Origin: Candidatus Limnocylindrales bacterium
GTDB lineage: Bacteria; Chloroflexota; Limnocylindria; Limnocylindrales; CSP1-4
Assembly (NCBI GenBank): GCA_038245845.1
Contig: JBBRRZ010000019.1
Coordinates: 158 to 64,157, forward strand
Reading direction: 5' to 3'
Length of the DNA stretch: 64,000 nt
Under the pieces are notes generated by a model, which worked only from the letters and a program-made list of their open reading frames with translations, was not told the origin of the DNA and did not search any database. Positions 1-8,807 of this stretch are shown in pieces. The first letter of the stretch is position 1. Each line of letters opens with the position of its first letter. Position numbers and translations under genes: made by a program.

Positions 1-73
1 GCGGACGCCGTGCATCGCTGCCACGCCCGATGAGTCTGCCGTGGCGAGGCCACGATGATCAGACAGCGATGCA

Positions 74-1333
74 TCAGGCGATCGCGGCGACATCCCGAAG
101 GGCGGCCTCGAGCACATCCGCAAGCTGGCCGATCTCGTCCTCCGTGATCACGAAGGCAGGCGATACCTGGATTGCCACGCCGCGGATCGACCGGGTCAGG
201 ACGCCGTGGCGGCGCGCGGCCGCGACGACCGCCTCGACAGCGCCTGGGTTCGCGGCCCGGGCCCCTGCCGAGAGCTCCACCGCGCCGGTCAGGCCAACCG
301 TGCGCACCTCGCCGACCAGCGGCGCCTCGGCCAGCCGGCCCAGCGCCGCCGCGAGGACGGGCTCCAGCGTCCGGACGCGGCCAACGAGGTCCTCACGCTC
401 GAGGATGTCGAGGTTGGCCATCGCCGCCGCACACGCTCCCGCGTGGCCCGAGTACGTGTAGCCGTGGCGGAAGATCGCGCCTGGGATCGGGTCGTCCCAG
501 AACGGGGCTCGGACGCGTTGCCCGACGATCACGCCACCCAGCGGCACGTACCCCGACGAGACGCCCTTCGCGAACGTGACGAGATCGGGCTCGATGGCAT
601 AGCGCTGGCTCCCCCACCACTGGCCGGTGCGGCCGAAGCCCGTGATGACCTCGTCGGCGATGAGCAGCACGTCGAACTGGCGGCACAGCTGCTGGAGCCC
701 GGCGAAGTAGCCGTCCTCGGGCGGGATGACCCCGCCTGCGCCGATCACCGGCTCGGCGACGAATGCCGCAATCTCCGGGGCGCGGGAGGCGAACAGCGAC
801 TCGACCGTATCGAGGTCGTGTGCTCCGACGTGCGCCACGCCCTCGACAAGCGTCCCGTAGCCCGCCATGTTGAGCGGGATCCCGGAGAGCGACGTCCCGA
901 ACGCCGCCATCCCGTGGTAGCCGTGCTCGCGGGACACGATGACCTGCTTCTCGGGCCGGCCGAGCACGTCCCAGTACCGGCGGGCCAGCTTCCCGGCCGT
1001 CTCGATGGACTCCGAGCCGCCCGAGGTGAAGATCACCGCTGCACCGGAGATCGGCGCCATGGCCGCGATGCGGGCGGCGAGCTCGACCGTTGGCTCTGTC
1101 GTGTAGGCCCCGAAGGACGAATAGGCCGGGATCCGCCGGAGCTGGTCGGCCACCGCGTCGGCGATCTCGTCGCGCCCGAAGCCCACGTTGCAGTACCACA
1201 GGGCTGCGGTCGCATCGAGGTAGCGGACGCCGTGGACATCCTTCACCCAGACGCCCTGACCCTCACGCAGGACGAGCTCGGCGTCCTTCACGGTGTGCAT
1301 GTCGGCGAAGCCGTGCCAGAACGCGGTGGTCAC
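74..1333 (-). CDS. Class-III PLP-dependent aminotransferase (omega-transaminase-like)
   Basis: Inside ORF 74..1825. Family motifs: FWHGFADM near the N-terminus, LWYCNVGFGR, SGGSESIETAGK, ADEVITGFGRTG, TFAKGVSSGY. GTG at 1333 chosen because the upstream ORF part is Arg/Asp-rich shadow sequence. Confidence 0.85.
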   Translation of the reverse strand: MTTAFWHGFADMHTVKDAELVLREGQGVWVKDVHGVRYLDATAALWYCNVGFGRDEIADAVADQLRRIPAYSSFGAYTTEPTVELAARIAAMAPISGAAVIFTSGGSESIETAGKLARRYWDVLGRPEKQVIVSREHGYHGMAAFGTSLSGIPLNMAGYGTLVEGVAHVGAHDLDTVESLFASRAPEIAAFVAEPVIGAGGVIPPEDGYFAGLQQLCRQFDVLLIADEVITGFGRTGQWWGSQRYAIEPDLVTFAKGVSSGYVPLGGVIVGQRVRAPFWDDPIPGAIFRHGYTYSGHAGACAAAMANLDILEREDLVGRVRTLEPVLAAALGRLAEAPLVGEVRTVGLTGAVELSAGARAANPGAVEAVVAAARRHGVLTRSIRGVAIQVSPAFVITEDEIGQLADVLEAALRDVAAIA

Positions 1334-1382
1334 GTGGCGGGTCCTCGGGTCGGGATCGGGCCAGGCCGGCGGGATCGATGGG

Positions 1383-1462
1383 TCGCGAAACGCAGTATCG
1401 CGAAACGCAACGTCGCGCAGCGCAGCGCAACGTCGCGAAACGCAGCGTCGCGAAACGAAGCG
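1383..1462. repeat. About five tandem copies of a 15-bp unit TCGCGAAACGCAGCG (one copy expanded to 20 bp)
   Basis: Read directly: tcgcgaaacgcagta / tcgcgaaacgcaacg / tcgcgcagcgcagcgcaacg / tcgcgaaacgcagcg / tcgcgaaacgaagcg. Lies in the divergent intergenic region between starts at 1333(-) and 1544(+). Confidence 0.8.
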
Positions 1463-1543
1463 TAGCCGGACGCGCAACGAATCGGACCCCGCCGACGCCA
1501 TACCCGGTAGACCGGCCGTCTGGCCGGCGATCGAGGAGATCCC

Positions 1544-1981
1544 ATGCGCACCAGGATCGCGTCTCTCATCCTCGGCACCGTCGCCGCCGCCGCACTCGTC
1601 GTCGCGCCGGTGGCGGCCACGGGAGGCAGCCGGGCGGTGACCATCACGCTCGACGTCAACTTCGGGACCGGCGACCAGGTCTTCACCGCGACCGGTGCGT
1701 TCTGCCCTGCCGGGACCGCGGAAGCATTCACGACGAAGGTCTCGGGTCGTGGCTCCCTGGTCTTCCACGTCACGAGGACATTCATCTGCACGGGCGGCGT
1801 CGACACCCTCACGATCGACCTGCACGCCGGGACGTCCGCACAGTTTGATGGGACGAGCGGTGGCTGGACGGTCACCGGGGGCACCGGCGCCTACGCGGGC
1901 GCATCCGGGGGTGGCCAGATCACCGGCGTGAATACCCCGACCGGCATCCTCGACACGTACGCGGGCACCGTGAACCGTTGA
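1544..1981 (+). CDS. Small secreted hypothetical protein (signal peptide, Gly/Thr-rich beta-type)
   Basis: ATG preceded by GAGGAG. N-terminus MRTRIASLILGTVAAAALVVAPVAATG is signal-like. High third-position GC. No family recognised. Confidence 0.6.
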   Translation: MRTRIASLILGTVAAAALVVAPVAATGGSRAVTITLDVNFGTGDQVFTATGAFCPAGTAEAFTTKVSGRGSLVFHVTRTFICTGGVDTLTIDLHAGTSAQFDGTSGGWTVTGGTGAYAGASGGGQITGVNTPTGILDTYAGTVNR

Positions 1982-2034
1982 CCCGGTGGCGGCCGGATCG
2001 AGACTGCCTCGAACCGGCCACCGCTCTCTCGGGC

Positions 2035-3033
2035 TCAGGCGCGGGGCACCCCGCCACGCCGAGCGCCGCGCCGGGGCGGCTGGGCGAACGTCCGCCGGTC
2101 GAGGCCGGCGGCGATCGCGTCCCCTGGCTCCATCGCCGCGAGCCGGGCCGCACGCGCCAGCGCCGCGATGGCCCCGAGCGCGTCATCGACATGCAGGTCC
2201 GCCAGCGATGACGCGTTCGCGAGCCCGACTCGCTCGACCCCGCGACCGTTCGACGAGGCCGCGTAGCGGGCCGCCCACACGAGCAGCGATGACTGGTCCT
2301 CGCGCGTTGGGGCCTTGAGCGCCGCGCACACCACGCCGCGATCGCCCGGGACGGCCCGCACCAGGTACCAATTGTCCGGCCCGGCCACGAGATCGAACAG
2401 GTACGAGCGATACGGCGCCGCGAGGATCGTCGCTGCGCCCGCCTCCCAGGCGGAGCCGCCCGTGATCGCGAGCATCGCGTGCAGGTCCGGCGCCGCAGCG
2501 AGCATCGCAACCTGTGCGTCGTGGAACGCCCTGCGCGCGACCGGGTCGGCGCCGATCCCCACCGCCGCCGGCTCGTCGACGATCACGAGCGAGCAGCCCG
2601 CGGCGGCCAGCGTGGCCAGCTCCTGGCCCAGCAGGCCTGCCAGGGACCCCGCGCGGCCCACGTCCCCCGTCCGGAGCGCGAGCGAGTACGGTCCCGTGAC
2701 CGTCGCCGCGGGCACGACCGATCGGGCGGTCGCCTCCCCTCCGGACGCCGATTCCCCTCCCGACGCCGCCTCCCCGCCAGACACCGCCTCTGCCGCCGCT
2801 CCGGCCGTCGCCTGCCACGCCCGGACGAGCATGCCGTCCGCGCCCGTGTCGCCGCGCTCGAGCGCCGCCGCCAGCGCCCCCGCCGGGTCCGCCCAGCGCA
2901 CGAGCCCGTCCGTCACCAGCTCCAGCCCCGCATCGACCTGCGCGCGGACACCCTCGGCCACGAGAGCGTCGAGGACGTCGTCCGATACGGCCGTTATCGG
3001 CCGAGGCCATCCACCGTGCACCATCGCGAACAT
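2035..3033 (-). CDS. Cobalamin-independent methionine synthase (MetE C-terminal)-like / UROD-superfamily protein
   Basis: 332-aa ORF with ATG at 3033. Segment VRAQVDAGLELVTDGLVRW resembles the MetE-like family. Contains an internal SGGEAASGGESASGGEA repeat insert. Confidence 0.5.
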   Translation of the reverse strand: MFAMVHGGWPRPITAVSDDVLDALVAEGVRAQVDAGLELVTDGLVRWADPAGALAAALERGDTGADGMLVRAWQATAGAAAEAVSGGEAASGGESASGGEATARSVVPAATVTGPYSLALRTGDVGRAGSLAGLLGQELATLAAAGCSLVIVDEPAAVGIGADPVARRAFHDAQVAMLAAAPDLHAMLAITGGSAWEAGAATILAAPYRSYLFDLVAGPDNWYLVRAVPGDRGVVCAALKAPTREDQSSLLVWAARYAASSNGRGVERVGLANASSLADLHVDDALGAIAALARAARLAAMEPGDAIAAGLDRRTFAQPPRRGARRGGVPRA

Positions 3034-3233
3034 CGGACCAATCTACCCGCGCACCCATCCGGCCGTCGTCCCGCCGCGAAAGGTGCGCGATGGACACGTT
3101 CGCCACGAACCCGACAATGACCTTTCCGCCCGCTCTCCGCGGAGTGGCGCGGGCCCCTGTCGCGACCGGCACGGTTGGGTATGATCGGCACGCCCGGACG
3201 GCCGAACCTGCGCGGCGTGTGACCACTCGCCCC

Positions 3234-3893
3234 ATGCTCATCTCGGACCGCCCGGTACAGTCGGAGGGACGGTTGCCGGAGCCCGAGGAGGCCAAGGCAT
3301 GGCGGCGCGCGGAGGATGCCGCGCTGATCGCTCGCATCGTCGCCAAGGACGAGCGTGCTGTCGAGGCCCTGTACGCCCGCTACTCGGGTCCCCTGTACTC
3401 GCTTGCCTACCAGGTCACGGGGGCCGAGCGATTCGCGCAGGACGTGGTGCAGGAGGTCTTCGTTGCACTGTGGCGCGACGCCTCGCGCTTCGACCCTGCG
3501 AAGGGCACCGTCGCACCCTGGCTCTTCTCGCTCGCCCGCCACAAGGCCATCGACTTCGTCCGCCGCGAGGCGAACATCCGCAAGCGGACCACGGACGCTG
3601 ACCTCGAGCTCGAGCAGGCGGCCGATGATGTGGACCACGAGACATGGGTCCGCTTCCGACGCGAGCGGGTCCGGGACGCGATCGAGGGGCTGACGCCGGT
3701 CCAGCGCGAGGCACTCGAGCTCGCGTTCTTCCACGGCCTGACCCACGTCGAGGTCTCGGACCGACTGGGGATCCCGCTGGGGACCGCGAAGACGCGCATT
3801 CGGAGCGCCCTGCTGCGGCTGCGCGACATCCTCGGCGACTCCGTGTCGGACATGGCCGATCCCAACGGGATGGCGCACGGGCTGGACGCGTGA
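3234..3893 (+). CDS. ECF (sigma-70 family) RNA polymerase sigma factor, SigK-like by partner
   Basis: Region 2: DVVQEVFVALWRDASRFDP...WLFSLARHKAIDFVRRE. Region 4: LTPVQREALELAFFHGLTHVEVSDRLGIPLGTAKTRIRSAL. ATG at 3234 chosen within ORF 3090..3893. Confidence 0.85.
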   Translation: MLISDRPVQSEGRLPEPEEAKAWRRAEDAALIARIVAKDERAVEALYARYSGPLYSLAYQVTGAERFAQDVVQEVFVALWRDASRFDPAKGTVAPWLFSLARHKAIDFVRREANIRKRTTDADLELEQAADDVDHETWVRFRRERVRDAIEGLTPVQREALELAFFHGLTHVEVSDRLGIPLGTAKTRIRSALLRLRDILGDSVSDMADPNGMAHGLDA

Positions 3894-4630
3894 TCCACGC
3901 GGCCGCGGACCTCCTCGTCGCCGGAGCGATGCTCGACGACCTCTCGCCCGACGAGCGAGCTGCGTACGACGAACATCGCCCGGCCTGCCGCGGCTGCGCG
4001 GTGCTCGAGGACGAGCTCGGGGTGCTCCTCACCGACCTCGCACTCGTCGTCCCCGAGCGCGTGCCACCGCCCGACCTGCTCGCGGGGATCCACCTCGCGA
4101 TCGCCGCCGAGAGCGCGCCGGTCCGCTTGTCGACACGTCCCCGGTACGCCGTCCTGGCGCTCGCCGCGGTCGTCGCCCTCGTCGCGGTCGGCATCGGCGC
4201 CCGGACCATCGGCCTCCAGGACCGGCTCGACCAGTCGACGGCCCTCGTGGCATCCCTGCGCGCCAAGATGGCGACCCAAGGTGGCGCGATCGCCGCCGCG
4301 ATGGACCCGGGCCACGTGACCGTGGCCCTCCACGCGGAGCCGCTGGCGCCGGACGCGACCGCGATGGTCGTCTTCATCCCGGGCACGACGAGCGCGTACC
4401 TTGTCGCCCAGCACCTGCCGGCCACGCCGAGCGGACACGCCTACCAGCTCTGGTACGCGGACGCGGCGGGCGTCCACCCGCTGCAGACCGTACGCCTGGA
4501 TGCCGACGGCGCGTTTGTCGCACCGCTGGGGGTCGCCCTCACCTCCGGCGCAGCCGTGATGGTCACCCTCGAACCGACGGGCGGATCGACCGGCGATCCC
4601 GGCCCGCAGGTCGTCTTCGGCGACCTCTGA
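3890..4630 (+). CDS. Anti-sigma factor: ZAS motif plus transmembrane segment plus RskA-like extracytoplasmic domain
   Basis: GTG at 3890 overlaps the sigma stop (GTGA). HRPACRGC matches HxxxCxxC. TM segment YAVLALAAVVALVAVGIGA. C-terminal AYQLWYADAAG is RskA-like. Confidence 0.7.
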   Translation: MIHAAADLLVAGAMLDDLSPDERAAYDEHRPACRGCAVLEDELGVLLTDLALVVPERVPPPDLLAGIHLAIAAESAPVRLSTRPRYAVLALAAVVALVAVGIGARTIGLQDRLDQSTALVASLRAKMATQGGAIAAAMDPGHVTVALHAEPLAPDATAMVVFIPGTTSAYLVAQHLPATPSGHAYQLWYADAAGVHPLQTVRLDADGAFVAPLGVALTSGAAVMVTLEPTGGSTGDPGPQVVFGDL

Positions 4631-4639
4631 CCAGGAGGG

Positions 4640-4683
4640 CAAACCCGTCCATCGCGTCGCAGTCGCCGCGCACTGCGGGTTTG
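4640..4683 (+). terminator. Imperfect long hairpin after the sigma/anti-sigma pair
   Basis: CAAACCCG...CGCAGT-cgccgcgc-ACTGCGGGTTTG followed by TT. Sits between convergent genes ending at 4630 and 4786. Confidence 0.35.
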
Positions 4684-4785
4684 TTCATGCTGGAGGGCTA
4701 GACTCGAGCCCCCATCCCCCGCCACCACAGCGGGCACACGCGCCGTCGCGCCGTGGCGGCGAGCCCGAGGGCCAGCCGCAGCGCG

Positions 4786-5994
4786 TCAGCTCCAGGCGCC
4801 CCCGCCGAGCGTCCAGAGGAACGCGTAGAACGCGAGCAGCAGCAGGATCCCGGCGATCCGGACCACCCGCGTGCCATCCGTGCCAAACGCCGGCTCGAGC
4901 GCACCCGTGGGGCCCGGGCGCTGCCACAGCGAGCGCAGCGTCTGGACCCGCGTCGGCATGAACAGGAAGCCCAGCCACGCGCCCGCGATGAGCCCGCCGA
5001 TGTGCGCCATGTTGTCGATCCCGGGAACGACGACGCCGAAGATCAGGTTGATCACCAGCAGGCCGCCGAGCTGGCCGAGGAATGCCCGGCTGTTGCGGTC
5101 GAGGACCGGCCGGTGAACCCGTTGGGCCACGAACAGCAGCCCGAACAGGCCGAAGATCGCCCCCGACGCGCCGACGCCGTAGCTCGCATCGCTGAACGCA
5201 AAGCTCATCAGGGTCCCGCCCGCCGCGAACACGAGGTAGAAGGCGAGGAACCGCCAGCGGCCGTACAGCCGTTCCACGAACGGGCCGGCCAGCCACAGGG
5301 CGTACATGTTGAACAGCAGGTGGAGCGGGTTCTGGGTGAGTGGCGCGTGGACGAGCGTCACCGTCCACAGGCGCCAGATCTCGCCGTTCGCCAGCGCGAC
5401 CTTGTCCAGCGCCAGGACGTGGAGGATGTCGTTGCCGATGGGACCCGTGAACTGGACGACGAGCGAGACGATCACCGTCACCGCGATCACGATGACCGCG
5501 AACGACAGCCCGGCGTCACCCCTGGCCTTCGCGAAGTACTTGCCGGCGGCACCCGTGTCGCCCAGCTCCTTTGACAGCCAGCCCAGGCGGTTCGCGATCT
5601 CGCCCCGGTCCTGCTCCGGGGCGCGTCGCTCGGCCTCGCGGTAGGCGTCCAGCGCACCGCGGAGATCCTGCGCCCGGACCCGGGCGGCCGCGACGTTCCG
5701 CCACGCGAGGTACGTGGACGGATTCTCGGGGAGCTTCGTCGCCTGCTCCCACGAGTGCAGGGCTGAGGCGTCCTCGTCCAGGCGGTAGAGCGCCTCGCCG
5801 AACCCGACGTACGCGGCCGCGGTAATCGTCGGATCGTCGAACCCGATGACGCGCTGGTACAGGCGGGCCGCGTCGCGGAACTCGGCCGCGGCCACCAGGG
5901 CAGCCGCCCGGTCCAGGGCGGCGAGCGCGGTCTCCCGGCTCAACGGGCCTTCTGACGCCAGGACCCGTTCGAGATCGAAGGTGGGATCGGTCAC
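4786..5994 (-). CDS. Rhomboid-family intramembrane serine protease with N-terminal TPR-like region
   Basis: GVGASGAIFGLFG (GxSG) and NMAHIGGLIAGAWLG (catalytic His). Multiple TM segments. GTG at 5994 chosen within ORF 4786..6081. Confidence 0.8.
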   Translation of the reverse strand: MTDPTFDLERVLASEGPLSRETALAALDRAAALVAAAEFRDAARLYQRVIGFDDPTITAAAYVGFGEALYRLDEDASALHSWEQATKLPENPSTYLAWRNVAAARVRAQDLRGALDAYREAERRAPEQDRGEIANRLGWLSKELGDTGAAGKYFAKARGDAGLSFAVIVIAVTVIVSLVVQFTGPIGNDILHVLALDKVALANGEIWRLWTVTLVHAPLTQNPLHLLFNMYALWLAGPFVERLYGRWRFLAFYLVFAAGGTLMSFAFSDASYGVGASGAIFGLFGLLFVAQRVHRPVLDRNSRAFLGQLGGLLVINLIFGVVVPGIDNMAHIGGLIAGAWLGFLFMPTRVQTLRSLWQRPGPTGALEPAFGTDGTRVVRIAGILLLLAFYAFLWTLGGGAWS

Positions 5995-6046
5995 GGCGGC
6001 GACTGTACATGAGCCTGCGGTTCGGGGCCCGGCTCGGCGGCGAGGG

Positions 6047-6052
6047 TAGACT
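6047..6052 (+). promoter_or_regulatory. Candidate -10 hexamer TAGACT (context GGGTAGACTC), 8 nt upstream of the SRAP ATG; possible leaderless mRNA
   Basis: TANNNT-type hexamer. The same GGGTAGACTC motif with the same 8-nt spacing precedes the CopC GTG at 16552. Confidence 0.35.
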
Positions 6053-6060
6053 CGGGGACG

Positions 6061-6759
6061 ATGTGCGGGCGATTCACGCAACAGCGGCCGACGAGCGAGA
6101 TCGCGGCAATCTTCGAGGCGGAGGACCTCGCCGACGACGCCGGCGGGTGGTTCAACGTCGCGCCCACGGACGAGGCCGCGGTGGTCGTCCAGCGCGCCGG
6201 GCGGCGGGCGGTCGTGCGCTACCGCTGGGGGCTGATCCCCGCCTGGGCTGACAGCCCGAAGATCGCCTCACGCGCCTTCAACGCCCGCGCCGAGACCATC
6301 GCGACGAGCCCGCTGTTCCGCGATGCGTTCCGGCGCAGGCGGTGCCTCGTGCCCGTCGACGGGTTCTACGAGTGGCTGCGCGACGGCTCGAAGCGGCAGC
6401 CGATGCGGATCCACGATCCGCAGGATCGGCCACTGGCGCTCGCCGGCCTGTGGACAGGACGCCAGGACGCGGAATCGGGCGAGTGGCTGCGGACGTTCAC
6501 GATCATCACGACGCGGCCAAACGAGCAGATGGCCGCGATCCACGACCGGATGCCAATGATCGTGTCGCCCGATGCGTGGGCGCGCTGGCTGGACCCGACC
6601 GCCGCAGAACCGGGCGAGCTGCGGGCGCTCCTGGAGCCTCGCGAGGACCTCGTGCTCGACGTGTACCCGGTGCCGCCACTCGTGAACAGCGTCCGCAACA
6701 ACGGCCCGGAACTGCTCGCCCGGTTTGAGCCGGAACTGCCCCCGCTCACGCTCCTGTGA
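6061..6759 (+). CDS. SOS response-associated peptidase (SRAP/YedK family, abasic-site processing)
   Basis: Begins MCGRF (Cys2 nucleophile hallmark). Length 232 aa. Also WGLIPAWA and PVDGFYEW motifs. Confidence 0.9.
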   Translation: MCGRFTQQRPTSEIAAIFEAEDLADDAGGWFNVAPTDEAAVVVQRAGRRAVVRYRWGLIPAWADSPKIASRAFNARAETIATSPLFRDAFRRRRCLVPVDGFYEWLRDGSKRQPMRIHDPQDRPLALAGLWTGRQDAESGEWLRTFTIITTRPNEQMAAIHDRMPMIVSPDAWARWLDPTAAEPGELRALLEPREDLVLDVYPVPPLVNSVRNNGPELLARFEPELPPLTLL

Positions 6760-6802
6760 CCCCGGTGACACCGGGTCCGCCGCGGCCCACCTACCGATCT
6801 TC

Positions 6803-8314
6803 CTATTCGACGAGTCCGACGGCCTCGATCTTGGCGTCAACACCCGTTTCACGAAGCACGTTCACGGTCCCGCCGCTGCCGTCGACCTTGAAGGTATTGG
6901 CAATGATCTGGTCTACCGAGAACACCGACGACGAACCGTTGACCTTCACGTCGCCCTGGGGTACATAGACGATCCCGCGCACGTCGCTCGCGATCGCCGA
7001 CGAGCCGTTGAGCGTGATGTCGTCTCCGGCGAGGGCGACGGTGCGGTCCTGGAAGATGACGAGGTTGATGGTCGTAGTGCCGAATGCGTACGAGATCGGC
7101 ATAAGGCTGAGCGTCGCCCCGCCGCCGCCGAGGGTGATCGGCCCCGCCGGACTGTTGGCGAGCTTCGAGTTGTAGATCAGGATCCCGCCCCCACCAGTGC
7201 ACACGTGCGGGGCCGTCGCCGCGCAGACCGCCTTGGTGCGGTCATTCTCGTCATCCACCGAGATCAGGGACGCGTCGTTGGACGTCGCCAGCCCGCCGCC
7301 GCCGATCCAGTAGATCCCTGGCGTCAGGTACAGGGTCACGCCACCCTTCGCGTTGATGCCACCCGGGTAGAGGCCCGGGTAGAGCACCCACACGCGGTTC
7401 GCCTGCGAGCCGCCCTGACCCAGTACACAGAGCTGCGGGTTGGCTGTAGACGGCGCCTTGGTGCCAAGGGCACCCGGACAGTAGTCCGGGACAATGGTCG
7501 GCGTGGCCGTCAGCGGTCCCGAATTGGGCCATTCCTTCATCGCGGGCGCAAGACCCGGCTGCGCCGGTGCCGGCAGATTCCGCAGCGGATCGGGCAGCGC
7601 GAACGAGTTCGGTGCCTTCGCGCAGGTCATGCTCCCGGCGCCCTGGTCCTGGATCGTGCCCGCGGATCGACACGTCGCCGAGGCTGCGGTCACCGTGAGC
7701 GTGCCGGACCCCGTGCGGCTGAAGCCGATGCCGCCGCAGCCCGCGGCACTGCCGTCCGAGTTCGCCTGGACGTTCCCCGCCGAGTTCACGACCCCTGTCC
7801 CGGAGATGAGGATCGCCTTGCACGCCGTTGGGTCGAGTGCGAGCATCCCGAACCCGTAGGACACGCCGTGCTGGTCAGCCGCCACCGCGTTGACACCGAC
7901 GGGCCACGCGGCCCTGCCGATGACGCCTCCGAACAGCGAACTGTGCCTGGTGTCGATGCGGACCTGGATCACGGCCGGGACGCCGCGGTAGTTGCCGTCC
8001 ACCGGCGGGATATTGATCCGGATGTCCGTGTTCGCAAGCGACGGGTTGTTCCGCGTTGCAACGTTGCATGCAGCGAGCACGGCCTTGTTGGTCCCGGGGC
8101 TCGCGCACGTGCTGGCGAAATTCGCGCTCGTCTGCACGTATCGCGCCCCGGCCAGCGCCGCCGCATCGGCAACATTCTGTTCGGTCCGCCGCTCGAGCAG
8201 CATTGAGCCGACGTCGAACGCAAACGCCGCGACGAGGCACAGTGCGACGAGCCCCCCGGCGAAAAGGATGAGGACTTGGCCCCGCTCGCCGGAGCGATCA
8301 GTTGTTGATGACAA
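6803..8314 (-). CDS. TadG-like Flp-pilus-assembly pseudopilin-related protein
   Basis: N-terminus ERGQVLILFAGGLVALCLVAAFAFDVGSMLLERRTEQNVADAAALAGA is typical of TadE/G-like N-termini. Large Gly/Thr-rich extracellular part. TTG start at 8314 is uncertain. Confidence 0.7.
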   Translation of the reverse strand: MSSTTDRSGERGQVLILFAGGLVALCLVAAFAFDVGSMLLERRTEQNVADAAALAGARYVQTSANFASTCASPGTNKAVLAACNVATRNNPSLANTDIRINIPPVDGNYRGVPAVIQVRIDTRHSSLFGGVIGRAAWPVGVNAVAADQHGVSYGFGMLALDPTACKAILISGTGVVNSAGNVQANSDGSAAGCGGIGFSRTGSGTLTVTAASATCRSAGTIQDQGAGSMTCAKAPNSFALPDPLRNLPAPAQPGLAPAMKEWPNSGPLTATPTIVPDYCPGALGTKAPSTANPQLCVLGQGGSQANRVWVLYPGLYPGGINAKGGVTLYLTPGIYWIGGGGLATSNDASLISVDDENDRTKAVCAATAPHVCTGGGGILIYNSKLANSPAGPITLGGGGATLSLMPISYAFGTTTINLVIFQDRTVALAGDDITLNGSSAIASDVRGIVYVPQGDVKVNGSSSVFSVDQIIANTFKVDGSGGTVNVLRETGVDAKIEAVGLVE

Positions 8315-8807
8315 GGCTTGACTCCGCTGACATCGTGATCGGTGGGAACGGCAAGGGGATGATCATCCGAAACACGTAGGTGGCCGAGACGTGGACCGTG
8401 TTATCCCGGCCGTTGTTGCCCGGGTTGACGCCGTCTGTTGCGATCCAGGTCGGTGTCACAGTGACGTCGTTGCCCATCAGCCCGAACCCGGAATCCTTCA
8501 CGCGCTGGCTGATGTTGTTGCCTGAGGCGTCATAGCAGCTGATCGGCGTCGGCTCACCGGGTGGCATCGGGCCACTGGGGCAGTACGACTTCCAGCCGTG
8601 GACGATCGCGTAGCGGGCTCCCTCGCGGGTGGAGTTGGCGAGCGTCTGGTAGTAGAGGATGAACCGCCCGCCCTCGATGACAGCGAACAGGAGCAGGAAG
8701 AACGCGGGTGCCACGAGGGCGAACTCGACCAGCGCCTGGCCCCTGGCGCCGATCGGCAGGCGGCGTACGGGGCGAACCAGATGCGGCCGACGACCAGCTC
8801 TTATCAC
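8298..8807 (-). CDS. TadE-like pseudopilin
   Basis: GQALVEFALVAPAFFLLLFAVIEGGR motif. GTG at 8807 overlaps the upstream stop (GTGA). Confidence 0.7.
   Translation of the reverse strand: MIRAGRRPHLVRPVRRLPIGARGQALVEFALVAPAFFLLLFAVIEGGRFILYYQTLANSTREGARYAIVHGWKSYCPSGPMPPGEPTPISCYDASGNNISQRVKDSGFGLMGNDVTVTPTWIATDGVNPGNNGRDNTVHVSATYVFRMIIPLPFPPITMSAESSLVINN

Noticed and set aside
206-1465. Long plus-strand ORF (419 aa) opposite the aminotransferase. Similar long ORFs lie opposite real genes at 19009-20772, 21211-22740, 28098-29939, 39206-40767, 42155-43516, 44740-46443 and 55560-56843.
   Set aside because: Their products are Arg/Pro/Asp/Gly-rich with no motifs, and the opposite strand encodes clearly recognisable enzymes. 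These are typical antisense shadow ORFs of GC-rich DNA.
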